Assembly (NCBI GenBank): GCA_030141605.1
Contig: JAQGDQ010001731.1
Location: 1-27,546, forward strand
Origin: Tubiluchus corallicola
Taxonomy: Eukaryota; Animalia; Priapulida
Direction: 5' to 3'
DNA: 27,546 nucleotides
Shown here: positions 1-13,584 of the stretch, in pieces
How positions within the stretch are numbered: the stretch's first letter is position 1
How the letters are laid out: the number at the start of each line of letters is the position of its first letter
Translations under genes and position numbers: made by a program
The notes under the pieces: generated by a model
Databases searched by the model: none
What the model saw: the letters and a program-made list of their open reading frames with translations, nothing else
What the model was told of the DNA's origin: nothing

Positions 1-6
1 ATAATA

Positions 7-132
7 GGCATACAATGTGCTCCAGACAATGCCTTATCTGAAACACAACAGAATTATGGTTATGCATACAATGTGCTCCAGACAATGCCTTATCTGAAAC
101 ACAACAGAATTATGGTCAGGCATACAATGTGT
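7..132. repeat. 56-bp tandem repeat, about 2.2 copies
   Basis: GCATACAATGTG recurs at 8, 64 and 120. Confidence 0.85.
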
Positions 133-268
133 AATATTTCATCAACTGGGCAGTGCCCACCATTGTTTTAAACTACAATTATTCGAAATATTAGAGCATT
201 CTTATTTACGTTAAATAAAGAATTAGTAATAATAATAATTATAATAATAATAAAAACATGGTACCGGA

Positions 269-760
269 TATTCACGCATTTCACAGGTTTGAAGTGACCA
301 CTACTCACCAAAAGACCAACTTGATTCACGCATTTCACAGGTTAGAAGTGACCACTACTCACCAAAAGACCAACTTGATTCACGCATTTCACAGGTTAGA
401 AGGGACCACTACTAGCCAAAAGACCAACTTGATTCACTCATTTTGCAGGTTAGAAGTGACCACTACTCACCAAAAGACCAACTTGATTCACTCATTTCAC
501 AGGTTAGAAGTGACCACTACTCACCAAAAGACCAACTTGATTCACGCATTTTACAGGCTAGAAGGGACCACTACTAGCCAAAAGACCAACTTGATTCACG
601 CATTTCACAGGTTAGAAGTGACCACTACTCACCAAAAGACCAACTTGATTCACTCATTTTGCAGGTTAGAAGTGACCACTACTCACCAAAAGACCAACTT
701 GATTCACTCATTTTGCAGGTTAGAAGTGACCACTACTCACCAAAAGACCAACTTGATTCA
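269..760. repeat. 54-bp minisatellite, 9 copies, spanning the exon L / intron junction
   Basis: Unit ATTCACGCATTTCACAGGTTAGAAGTGACCACTACTCACCAAAAGACCAACTTG; the last unit overlaps the exon end. Confidence 0.95.
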
Positions 761-946
761 TGACCAGAAACTCCGCTGCTTCCTTCACTAAGTTTTTCTC
801 CTTCTCCAGTGACTCCCTCTCGGAATTGGGAAACCGGACGCCGGCGGAAAACACATCTGGATTGAAACGAATGTCGAATTCAGTCTCTTTCAGAGATCCG
901 ACGGCCTGCGAGGCCTTCTTGACGATCTCCTTCGTGCTGTCTTCAA
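741..946 (-). CDS. CLUH: CLUH exon L (206 nt)
   Basis: Acceptor CGTTCTAG, donor GTGAGT; encodes [38 protein letters not shown]...[15 protein letters not shown]. Confidence 0.93.
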
Positions 947-3900
947 CTAGAACGTAGAAAATCAAATTCAGATTAATGAAATTCAAATGCTCTAACTGCA
1001 TACAATGCAACTTGAACATCTTTGTGCGCCCTGGACAAAGAAATACACAAATGACCCCTACCCGCCTGGGAATACAGTCACAAAAACATTTTCAACCTGT
1101 AAACAAAAACCATCCTGTAAATCTTGGAATAATCGGCACAAACTTTTGCGTTTATACGCCACAAGCAGTTTATTTTAAACATTTCAGATTAGGAATGAAA
1201 ATTAATTATTACAGCATGGGGCCCTTAGAGTCACCAGCTCCTGGGTAAGTAACAGTTGTAGCAGGTAGGGGCATATCAACAGCATGGGGCCCTTAGAGTC
1301 ACCACCTCCTGGGTAAGTAACAGTTGTGGCAGGTAGGGGCATATCAACAGCATGGGGCCCTTAGAGTCACCACCTCCTGGGTAAGTAACAGTTGTGGCAG
1401 GCAGGAGCATATCAACAGCATGGGGCCCTTAGAGTCACCAGCTACTGGGTAAGTAACAGTTGTGGCAGGCAGGGGCATATCAACAGCATGGGGCCCTTAG
1501 AGTCACCAGCTCCTGGGTAAGTAACAGTTGTGGCAGGTAGGGGCATATCAACAGCATGGGGCCCTTAGAGTCACCAGCTCCTGGGTAAGTAACAGTTGTG
1601 GCAGGTAGGGGCATATCAACAGCATGGGGCCCTTAGAGTCACCACCTCCTGGGTAAGTAACAGTTGTGGCAGGTAGGGGCATATCAACAGCATGGGGCCC
1701 TTAGTGTCACCAGCTCCTGGGTAAGTAACAGTTGTGGCAGGTAGGGGCATATCAACAGCATGGGGCCCATAGTGTCGCCAGCTCCTGGGTAAGTAACAGT
1801 TGTGGCAGGCAGGGGCATATCAACAGCATGGGGCCCTTAGAGTCACCAGCTACTGGGTAAGTAACAGTTGTGGCAGGTAGGGGCATATCAACAGCATGGG
1901 GCCCTTAGAGTCACCACCTCCTGGGTAAGTAACAGTTGTGGCAGGTAGGGGCATATCAACAGCATGGGGCCCTTAGAGTCACCAGCTCCTGGGTAAGTAA
2001 CAGTTGTGGCAGGCAGGAGCATATCAACAGCATGGGGCCCTTAGAGTCACCAGCTACTGGGTAAGTAACAGTTGTGGCAGGCAAGGGCATATCAACAGCA
2101 TGGGGCCCTTAGAGTCACCAGCTCCTGGGTAAGTAACAGTTGTGGCAGGTAGGGGCATATCAACAGCATGGGGCCCTTAGAGTCACCAGCTCCTGGGTAA
2201 GTAACAGTTGTGGCAGGTAGGGGCATATCAACAGCATGGGGCCCTTAGAGTCACCACCTCCTGGGTAAGTAACAGTTGTGGCAGGTAGGGGCATATCAAC
2301 AGCATGGGGCCCTTAGTGTCACCAGCTCCTGGTAAGTAACAGTTGTGGCAGGTAGGGGCATATCAACAGCATGGGGCCCATAGTGTCGCCAGCTCCTGGG
2401 TAAGTAACAGTTGTGGCAGGCAGGGGCATATCAACAGCATGGGGCCCTTAGAGTCACCAGCTACTGGGTAAGTAACAGTTGTGGCAGGTAGGGGCATATC
2501 AACAGCATGGGGCCCTTAGAGTCACCACCTCCTGGGTAAGTAACAGTTGTGGCAGGTAGGGGCATATCAACAGCATGGGGCCCTTAGAGTCACCAGCTCC
2601 TGGGTAAGTAACAGTTGTGGCAGGTAGGGGCATATCAACAGCATGGGGCCCTTAGAGTCGCCAGCTCCTGGGTAAGTAACAGTTGTAGCAGGCAGGGGCA
2701 TATCAACAGCATGGGGCCCTTAGAGTCACCAGCTACTGGGTAAGTAACAGTTGTGGCAGGCAGGGGCATATCAACAGCATGGGGCCCTTAGTGTCACCAC
2801 CTCCTGGGTAAGTAACAGTTGTGGCAGGCAGGGGCATATCAACAGCATGGGGCCCTTAGAGTCACCAGCTACTGGGTAAGTAACAGTTGTGGCAGGTAGG
2901 GGCATATCAACAGCATGGGGCCCTTAGTGTCACCAGCTCCTGGGTAAGTAACAGTTGTGGCAGGTAGGGGCATATCAACAGCATGGGGCCCTTAGAGTCA
3001 CCACCTCCTGGGTAAGTAACAGTTGTAGCAGGCAGGGGCATATCAACAGCATGGGGCCCTTAGAGTCACCAGCTACTGGGTAAGTAACAGTTGTGGCAGG
3101 CAGGGGCATATCAACAGCATGGGGCCCTTAGAGTCGCCAGCTCCTGGGTAAGTAACAGTTGTGGCAGGTAGGGGCATATCAACAGCATGGGGCCCTTAGA
3201 GTCGCCAGCTCCTGGGTAAGTAACAGTTGTGGCAGGTAGGGGCATATCAACAGCATGGGGCCCTTAGAGTCACCACCTCCTGGGTAAGTAACAGTTGTAG
3301 GAGGCAGGGGCATATCAACAGCATGGGGCCCTTAGAGTCGCCAGCTCCTGGGTAAGTAACAGTTGTGGCAGGCAGGGGCATATCAACAGCATGGGGCCCT
3401 TAGAGTCGCCAGCTCCTGGGTAAGTAACAGTTGTGGCAGGTAGGGGCATATCAACAGCATGGGGCCCTTAGTGTCACCAGCTCCTGGGTAAGTAACAGTT
3501 GTGGCAGGCAGGGGCATATCAACAGCATGGGGCCCTTGGTGTCACCAGCTCCTGGGTAAGTAACAGTTGTGGCAGGCAGGGGCATATCAACTTTACGATA
3601 CCCTAGGCTGATAGTTCTGTTACGCCCATCTGTAGTGTGAATTTATGGTTATTTATGTAATGAACGGATTAAACAATTACTTGTGGTGTATTATAAACAC
3701 TATTAACCTGGTTTCTACGTGGTCATTATTAATTACACGCGTTTGCATAACGCTCATATTCAAGCCGGCTGCGCAAGTATTTGTTGTCTAATACTTTGCA
3801 ACCTGTTCGTTATGCGGCACTTATATAAAACACGAGTTCAGTAACTGCCTGTGGTGTGTTATAAAATGCGTCCTTCATATGAATATGAAAGTGTATTTAT

Positions 3901-6900
3901 ACACATTTTCCGAGGAGAATAAAGAATTTTTCCAAAATGTGACACCTAGTAAGCCTATTGGTTAATAAGTCCTTGGTGGTAGGTCATCAGGTGTAACTTA
4001 TTTCTTGTCAGTTTGACAGCTTGACTATTAAATGCAGACAATAATGTACATTCTCTATTTTGAAAATTTCTACTTTTGCGTGCCTACACAGCGATGTTTG
4101 ACGAGATTCTTACAAAAAAAATCAATAACGTGTAATACAGTAAGTCTTCGCTTAACGACGCATGCGTTCCAGCAAAACGTGATGTTAAGTGAAACATCGC
4201 TAAGTGAGACAAAAACGTAACAAAGGAAGTAATGTAAAAGAACTGAGATACGTTACAGTGGGAAAAATCACTGCTGCTTAAATCGTACAAATTAAACGTT
4301 TTATGAGTTTCTTTATGGGTCCCAATCCCATTTTCCGGCCGTTTTTTGCAAAAGTTATACATCTGAGATCTGGAGAACAGGAACTGGCCGAGGACGGTGC
4401 TGACTATGGATAGATAGCCCGTTCAGCGGTGGGTGTCATAGGCGTATTTAGAATTTGCGAGAGGGCCACGGCGTCCCCTAATGGGCGTTTTCCCGGACCC
4501 AACTCGCAATTTTTTCGAAATTTTGGTCAAACAGCATGCAGAAAAAACATTCTGGCGGCGCCTGGTAGGACTCTCGGAAGAAAACATGTAGCTCTTTAGA
4601 AAGAGGAAGAACAGGGCTACACGATGATGTAGGCTATATTTTAGGACACGTCCACCAAAAAAGGAATACCGATGGGTTAATTCAACAATTTTCGCTTAGA
4701 AAACTGGTGATGCAAAGCCATTGTTCTGACGTCATCCATTACACTCTGCCTATAACGTTATAACTGTAATTCAGTAAAAGCTACTGGCTTTGCATTATAA
4801 GTGAGGACTATGTAGGATGTTCGTGTGTTTTTGATTATGAGTGTATTTATACGCAAATTTTTTGCGGGGCCTTTGCTAGCAATTTTTTCATTTTGTTTGC
4901 TTAAACGTATCAAATGTTCAGCATCGTTAAAACGAAACGTCGCTAACCGGGGAGTCGTTAAGCGAGGACACAGTACGTACTCTTATCTGAGTCAACGGCA
5001 GCCTCAACAATTTTCTTCGCTTCGTCAGCTTCCATGTCATCAGCAACGTCTGCATGTTCTTGGTGGCCATCACACAAATTGGTCGGCATGCTGTCGTCGA
5101 GCGACTTGGCCCCGTTCACATTCTCGGTCGAATGTTTGCTGCAAGATGCTTCCTGCGTCGACGGCAACACCGGCGACGAATCACGATGTGTCTCAGTGGA
5201 TTTCTCCTCCGTGGTTTTGGTTTCTTCTTTGATCTGTTTGTCATCGAAAGATGGAGATCCCTCTCTCTGAAATTAAACAACAAGCCGATAGAAAGGGCTT
5301 CATAAACTAATTTCCGCAAATTGTAATGCAGAAACAAGAACACAATGTTTAAAACACAAGAAAACCCTCCATAAACATAAACCTTAAAAAATACGTCTTG
5401 AAATCTTATATCACTTACGTACTGCCTTTTTGCATGCAGGACTTCAATCGGCAGTCACGCTGTAAAAAACTTGTAAATTTAAACTCCCGCGATGACCGTT
5501 AGACGCAGCCATTTTGACGATAAGTCATTTGAAACAAGTTTAGATAACATTGTGTAAAGTTTGAAATAATAATCAAAGCATTCATAGTGCACACGTCACC
5601 AACTAAATAAAATTTAAAATTACTATATCATGTTGATAAGATTAAAAACACGTTTTTAGTTAGCGAGTGGCTCACCCTGGAGGTGAAACAGCGACATTTT
5701 ACCAATAGGCGAAAACAATTTAAATTATTATTTCTCGTTACGAAAGTCTTTCTAGCAGATAAGCGAAACGCTAAGTCATAGATATGCACGGAAAGTTTTT
5801 TGGGACATAATTTAACATTTCCTTTTCTTCCCCTGATTTGCGTGGTGTAGTGACGTCATGTAATGGCGCGGTCGGAACAGTATTGCGGGAGATTTAAAAT
5901 GAAGACAACAAAAATTCCTTTCAATGCGAGTTCGATATACGTATAAAATTGCTGCAAGTAATATAATCTCTTAAGGCGATTTTTCTGAAACCTACTTCAT
6001 CGTGTACCCCTTTTCTTGTCCTTTGAGACAGCTAGTAATATATGATAACATGCCACCAGAGCGTAAAATTACACAGTCGTAACTGAGCACTGCAGGTACA
6101 GGGATGAGAATGCCAAATTGCAAAAAAACTCTGAAACAGGCCGGGGGTTTGGGGGCCGCGTAGGCAGCAACAAATTGCAATTTTGTGACCATAGAGAATC
6201 TCTAAGTGGACTTAAAATATCAATTACCTTGTTTCATGTATAATTTAAAATACCCAACTATCGAGGATACATGATACCTAATTGTCTCAAAAACGCCTAA
6301 GTACTGGCCGCTCCTATGCAAAAGTATATAAAAACTGTCTGCAATTGACTCAAATAACTCTGCACAATTGATTCTATATTTTTGTACATAGAGATCTACA
6401 CGTGGTTACACTGATGTACGTGACGTAAACAAAGTGACGGCCTGCCAACTAGCGGTCAGCTTGTGAAATAATGTACTTGGTCCGTAAAAATTTGTCAACA
6501 AATTTACGCGATTTACAAAAATGGCACTACTGGTCTTCCAAAAACTCGGAATTCCGCGTATCCGCGGAAAATTCTCATCCCTGCAGGCACCGTTTTGCAA
6601 AAATTACACGGTGAGTGATGAGTAGCTTACCAGTACATGGTGGCGCCTCCTGCTGCGTAGAATCTGTAGGTGAAAGGCTGCGTGTTTGATAAACAGCAAA
6701 TATCTTGCCCTGAAAACAATTATAATTCACTTAGATAAGTCCTAAACAGGTAAGTGACTCACAATACATAGATTGCACACAGCGTTTAGCTCCGCCCACC
6801 CTGATGACGTAACACACGTTCTCACAAACACTCACTCGCTGACACCTGTGTTTAGCTCCGCCCACCCCGATGATGTAACACGTTCTCACAAACACTCACT

Positions 6901-9900
6901 CGCTGATACCAGAATTGAGCTCCGCCCAACTTGATGATGTAACACACGTTCTCACAAACACTCACTTGCTGATACCAGCGTTTAGCTCCGCCCACCTTGA
7001 TGATGTAACACACGTTCTCACAAACACTCACTTGCTGATACCAGCGTTTAGCTCCGCCCAACTTGATGATGTAACACACGTTCTCACAAACACACACTCG
7101 CTGATACCAGAATTTAGCTCCGCCCATCCTGATGATGTAACACGTTCTCACAAACACACACTCGCTGACAATTGTGTTTAGTTCCACCCACCCCAATGAT
7201 GTAACACGTTCTCACAAACACTCACTCGCTGATACCAGAATTGAGCTCCGCGCACCTTGATGACGTAACACACGTTCTCGCAAACACTCACTCGCTGACA
7301 CCAGCATTTAGCTCCGCCCATCCTGATGATGTAACAGGGTAAATAATTATGAATACAGTGTTAATACACTCTACGTATTCAAGTTTGCTTTTTCCTTATT
7401 ATTAATGTAAAATATTACATTATTTAAATAATTATGAATACAATGTTAATATCCAAAATGAGCCTACAAACATTGTGTCAAGTGTGCAAAGCCGTCTAAA
7501 CAATTTTGCCATTGTCCATGCACTTAGAAATGTGTATATAGAATCAATTGGACATGTATTACCAGAAACCTCTGCATTGAGTAATGCTGATACTGCCAAT
7601 CAAAATGCATACGTTTATTAAACTACAATGCTATTGTAACCACTACAGCCGCTATTTACGCAGGACAATACCGTTTCTCAACATGGTGACATGCGAAGTT
7701 CTTTTACTTTGTTAAGGGCAGTTTCTGGCCTTAACATGTAGGTGGCAGCACCTATGTGATCTTACCTATAATTTTACCTGTGAAGTTGTAAATTAGGTTG
7801 AGTCTCACTAAACACGCTTACAGAAGCCTCAGCAAACGTTAAATAATGTTTAGATAAATTTTCAAGTAATTATTTGTAGCGTCTCTACCTGATTTGCTGT
7901 AAACCAGTATGACGTTCCAAGGATGTATCAAGTTGTCACAGCCGCACGATGCGAGTAATATTTACTTTTATTGTCTTAAATTATAATAATTAGATAAATT
8001 ATACATTTATAAGCAGTGAAAGCAGTCAAATTTATTATTTTTATTTTTTTATAAATACAGAAATAAAGATTTCTGAGAACACCGTATGCTATGAAGGAAA
8101 TTCTTCTGTGTTTCCATCACATGGCTCCGCGACGGGGAATTGAACTCCGGCCTCCCGTGTGACAGGCGGGAATACTCACCACTATACAATCGAAGAAAGG
8201 TTATTCATTTTAAAAATATCGCAGAATTAACAATTTGAACAATTCAGAATGGTGACAGGTTTGGTAAACATGCCGAAATCTCCCTAGTCCTAGAAACGAT
8301 TAATCAACGTACTCAACAAATGCGTCGACCAGCTCTTGCCGAAGACAGCATAATTTATGCCTGTGTTCTCGCGGGAATCCAAAATTTTTCATCGATTCTG
8401 AAAATTCTAGCCCTTCGACTGGAAAACAAAAAGTAAACGAATACGTAAAAACGGACAGACTATCGTTGTTCAACTAAACTTTATGAACAAGAAAATAAAT
8501 GCAAACAAAAAGTCATCACACTAAAAATGTAATAAATGCAATAATTAGTGAATGTCATCATCAGTAATCCAAGGCTGAGTTGGACAACTACCCGAAAATT
8601 TCTGAGTGCAACGCTCACCAAAAATGCTCCAAAAGTTCGCCAAATAGTCGAAAAACATTCGCAAGTGTTCGCCCTTGTTGCCAAAAGGTAGCTGACTTTG
8701 GCAAATTTTTTTAAAATTTTTAAAGTTTGTTGCCAGAGTTGCAAAACTCACCACCTAGCCAAACTGTAGCAAACTTGTTTGAACATGCGCTAAACCTGCA
8801 GGAACACGTTGCAAATTAACGGCAATGTTCGTCAAGAATTTTAAAGATCCACAGTAACTTGGAGAACAGTTACGAGACGCGCGTTTGAGAATGCTGAAAC
8901 GACTTCGCGACTGTTTTCAAACATTTTTGTGACAGTTTGGAAAGTTTCAGGGATGGGAGTGACAAATTGCAAAAGACTCTGAAAAAGGCAGGGGGTTTGG
9001 GGGCCACGTAGGCCTCCTTACAGCCAGCAACAAATTGCAATTTTGTGACCATAGAGAGCCTCTAAAATATCAATTACCTTGTTTCATGTATAATTTAAAA
9101 TACACAACTATCAAGGATACATGATACCTAATTGTCTCAAAAACGCCTAAGTACTGGCCGCTCCTATGCAAAAGTATATAAAAACTGTCTGCAATTGACT
9201 CAAATAACTCCGCACAATTGATTCTATATTTTTATACATAGAGATATACACGTGGTCACACTGATGTACGTGATGTAAACAAAGTGACGGCCTGCCAACT
9301 AGTGGTCAGTTTGTGAAATAATGTACTGGGTCTGTAAAAATTTTCTCAACGAATTTACACAATTTACAAAAATGGCACTACTAGTCTTCCAAAAACTCGG
9401 AATTCCGAGTATCCGCGGAAAATTCTCATCCCCGAAGTTTGAGTTATCTCACACTTCTTTCTGTGAAAATTCCATAAATTGATCGCGAAATGTCCAAAAA
9501 ATACACGCTAGTGCGAAACATAAGTAAATCTGACGTGCGAGTTTTGTGCGACATTCTCGCCATTTTTCCTGGAGAAAAAAGCTTTACAATCCCAAAAAAA
9601 ACCAAGGTGAAAAATGCCCAAAATTATCAAAATTTCGCGCGTATTATTAGTGACAAAACATAAGAGCGTGATTTTTTTGACGACTGTCGTTTAGAAAAAT
9701 TTCAATCGTTGCAAAAACGTGAATCGGCCCAGCAAAACCCTAACTCAAGATGTCAGAGACGATTAAATTCAGTATCGTTACCTGGCAGGAAGTTCACATC
9801 GGGAGGAAAGGTACGTAGCAGATCCAGAATGTAATGTCTGCCGTCGTTTCCTATGATGCCTTTACATTCTATTGACGAACAAAGTTCCACCATCTCGTCC

Positions 9901-12900
9901 TTCTCATTTAATACTCTAAAGATGAAAGAGACACTTTCGTTTGTCAAAAATGTTATTAGCTTCTGGAAGATTAGAATTTTTATTTTATTATTATCACATT
10001 CAGTACAATATAACGACATTAAGCACACAGTGACATCAAAATTATTACATCATACTCTAATAAATTGTTATGTTTCATACACTATCGTTATCATAAAAGA
10101 ACAATTGTACTGCAGTTGGCTAGAGAAGCAAAGGCTTGTATAAGCCCACTGTCATGTGAACCTGATAAAAAAAGAATGGATGAGTGAACAAAAAAAGAAC
10201 TGGGAGAAAGGTTAGATCACACAGGAAGGGTAGAAGGATGTGTTAGTGGAAATGGTAGGAAGAAAGACAATAGATTGCCCTATGTTGACATCAGCTCTAA
10301 AGATTTATCAATGATGCCTTGTTTTGCATAATCTGTTATGCTAGTCATAATGTAATGATAATTGTAATCACTTTTGTAGAAGTGAATGATTGTTTATTGG
10401 CAGAATGTAAGCCTAGTGTTCTTGACATCTGAGTTATTTTTGAAGTGCACATGTTTTCTCACGCCATTGATGACAAAATCGATCTTTCTGATAACAGATG
10501 GAGCCACTCGCAACGTTTTCACTGCCGGGCGCTGCTGCCTTATTAATCACACAGGAAAATATATACTTAGGTAAATACATACATATTTATAATGAGAGAA
10601 AATTCTAATCCTTACTTGTGGGGTCTGATTTTCAAATGCTTCGCCGTTCCCGACAACAGCTCGACGTACTTGTCGTTGCCGACAACCGTTTTGCCAAAGT
10701 CTATAGAACCGTACACGACCGACTGCTCCTGTTCTCGCTCGAGAATTCCGGGTATGATGGACTGGGCGGTCACTCGATAGCCACGGTAATCTATCACAAC
10801 TGTTCCTAGCGTATAGAGCCCCTCCAAGTCCACTCCCCAGTAAGCTTTCACCCCCTGTAGATCATTACCCTGCAGGATACGAACAATGACTTTAAAGGAC
10901 GGCAATAAACTGGCATTGAATTGAATTTATTGACTAACAGGGATACAGCATATTAATAATACATCACGTACAACGACGTAAAGAGTTAATCAAAATTAAA
11001 AAAACAATTTCGGTAACGACGAGTCTAAATACAGGGATGAGAATGACAAATTGTAAAAAACTCTGAAACAGGCCAGGGGTTTTGGGGCCACCTAGGCCCC
11101 CAATGGAGTTCAAGGGGAGCCCCCTTGGAGCCAGCAACAAATTGCAATTTTGTGACCATACAGAGCCTCTAGGTGGACTTAAAATATCAGTTACCTTGTT
11201 TCATGCATAATTTAAAATACCCAACTATCAAGGATACATGATACCTAATTTTCTCAAAAACACCTAAGTACTGGCCGCTCCTATGCAAAAGTATACAAAA
11301 ACTGTCTGCAATTGACTCAAATAACTCCGCACAATTGATTCTATATTTTTATACATAGAGATATACACGTGGTTACACTGAAGTATGTGATGTAAACAAA
11401 GTGATGGCCTGCCAACTAGTGGTCAGCTTGTGAAATAATGTACTGGATCCGTAAAAATTTTCTCAACGAATTTACGCGATTTACAAAAATGGCACTACTG
11501 GTCTTCCAAAAACTCGGAATTCTGCGTATCAGCGGGAAAATTCTCATCCCTGTAAATAGTCAAACAGATAAAAATCTGGGCTTACAATGAATGAAGTGAT
11601 TATGACAAAATCATGCCAGATTGTTAAAGTATAAAAAGAATGACGAAATATGACACTCAATTAAGATGGAGAATTCAATTTATAAGAATTATTTGTAGAC
11701 AACTGTAAAATTAAATGATATGAACAGATTGCTAAATCAAAAGCAGTTGAAATAAAGGCAGAGATAAGCTATTAAAATCTGAACTTTGAACAGATTACGT
11801 GTCTTTACACTGGTATCGTCTAAAAACAAACGGAGCTTGGTCTCAAATTTTGCTGAATTGTGTGCACATTATAAAGTAACAGTTTTTTTACAAAAAAAGT
11901 TCCCCGAGTGCAATTTTTAAGCACATTGAACATTTAACTAGCAAAATCACTCTGGAAGCAAAGGGAAGGTAAAACCGCAACGTAACTCTCAAGCTGCATC
12001 AGACAAAAGTTTTTCCCATCAGCAGATTTCAGCCGAAAGATGGTGATGTATGGTGTTCATCATTCACAGCTTTGAGCTCACCGAAGCGGTCACAAGACTC
12101 ATCCGCAGTCCAAGACTAATTTCCAGTAAAAACAAGAAAAATTTTGAAAACGTGAAAAAACTCACAGGCGCAGCATAAGCAGCAGCATCACCGCCGAGCT
12201 CTTTGTAATGATCCTTGACGTCGAAGCCGAGACTAAAGAAAATGTTGTTCCAGATGAAGAGCTGCATCCTGAAAAGACAAAGGCAATTAATCAATCAGCA
12301 ATAATGATGAAATTAGAAGAAAATAAAATGGCTTCAGTAACTCTAATAAAAACATGTTTATCAAGTGATGATCGTCTCTTGTCACTTTCACATTGACCTG
12401 CTGCTGGTTTCTCTTACTGAAGTTCCCAAATTGTCCAAAATGCAGAAGTTTCTAATGGCTATAACTAAAGAATTTCTACTCTATGATAGTATTTGTATTA
12501 CAGCTGCTACTGCTGCTGCTGCCGCCACCGCCGCCGCCACCACCACCACCACCACCACCACTACCACTACCACCACTACTACTACTACTACAACAACAAC
12601 AACAACAACAACAACAACTACTACTACTACTACTACTAAAACTGTTACCGCTACTGCTACCACTACCACTGCTACTACTACTACTACTACTACTACTAAA
12701 ACTATTACTACTACAACTACTACCACTACCACTACCACTGCTACTACTACTACTACTACTACTAAAACTACTACTACTACAACTACTACCACTACCACTA
12801 CCACTACTAATACTACGAAAAATACTACTACTACAACTACTACCACTACCACTACCACTACTACTACTACTAAAACTACTACTACTACTACTACTGCTAC

Positions 12901-12916
12901 TACTACTACTACTAAA

Positions 12917-12963
<47 letters not shown>

Positions 12964-13501
12964 CACTACCACTACCACTAACACTACCACTACTACTACT
13001 ACTACTAAAACTGCTACTGCTACCGCTACCACTAAGTAATTCTCGCGAAGCTTTACGGGTTTTCTATGTAACAAACGCGCATTTTTACTGCAAGCTACTA
13101 AATTTTCTGCATGTATGTTTAGTAATACCAGCAAACAAAATCAACAAGCTACGCTCTCTCACGAAATGCAACATACTTGGCATCTTCCCCCGGATTTATC
13201 GCCATGACGTTCCCATCTATCACTGCCATCGCTCCCCTGGTGGCAGCGCTCACGAAATCGCTATGCACTTTGAAGATTGCCCGCTCACGGAGGAGGCGTT
13301 CCGGCAAGTTTTTCTGGGATAGTTCCCTCGTCGTCTGCAGTTCCTCATTCCAGTCCCTAGTCTGACCGGGAATGTGCTCCTCGTAACCAAGTTTAGATGA
13401 AAATGCTACAAGTAAAAATGTCGAATATAAAAAACAAAAACTCAAAAATTAAATATCGTTTTCATTTAGCAAAAGCATCCAAATATGTAGGTTTAATAAT
13501 G

Positions 13502-13584
<83 letters not shown>

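Noticed and set aside
258-791. 177-aa repetitive ORF on the + strand
   Set aside because: It is a by-product of the 54-bp (18-codon) repeat, antisense to CLUH exon L, with no independent coding evidence.
1211-3591. CRISPR-like appearance of the regular repeats (also 17800-19096 and 21607-23494)
   Set aside because: There are no unique spacers and no cas genes, and the context is a spliceosomal intron.
5245-5254. CCATCTTTCG in exon K matches the snoRNA guide core
   Set aside because: It is the same sense as the guide, so it cannot be a target; it is only 10 nt with no boxes and is likely chance.
8570-9730. Possible older DNA element surrounding MITE A copy 2
   Set aside because: The composition looks repeat-like, but no convincing TIR pair or TSD could be defined.
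12365-13322. Poly-Thr (mucin-like), poly-Val and poly-Leu/Pro ORFs
   Set aside because: They are translations of a trinucleotide microsatellite inside a GT-AG intron; exons E and F join in frame without it.
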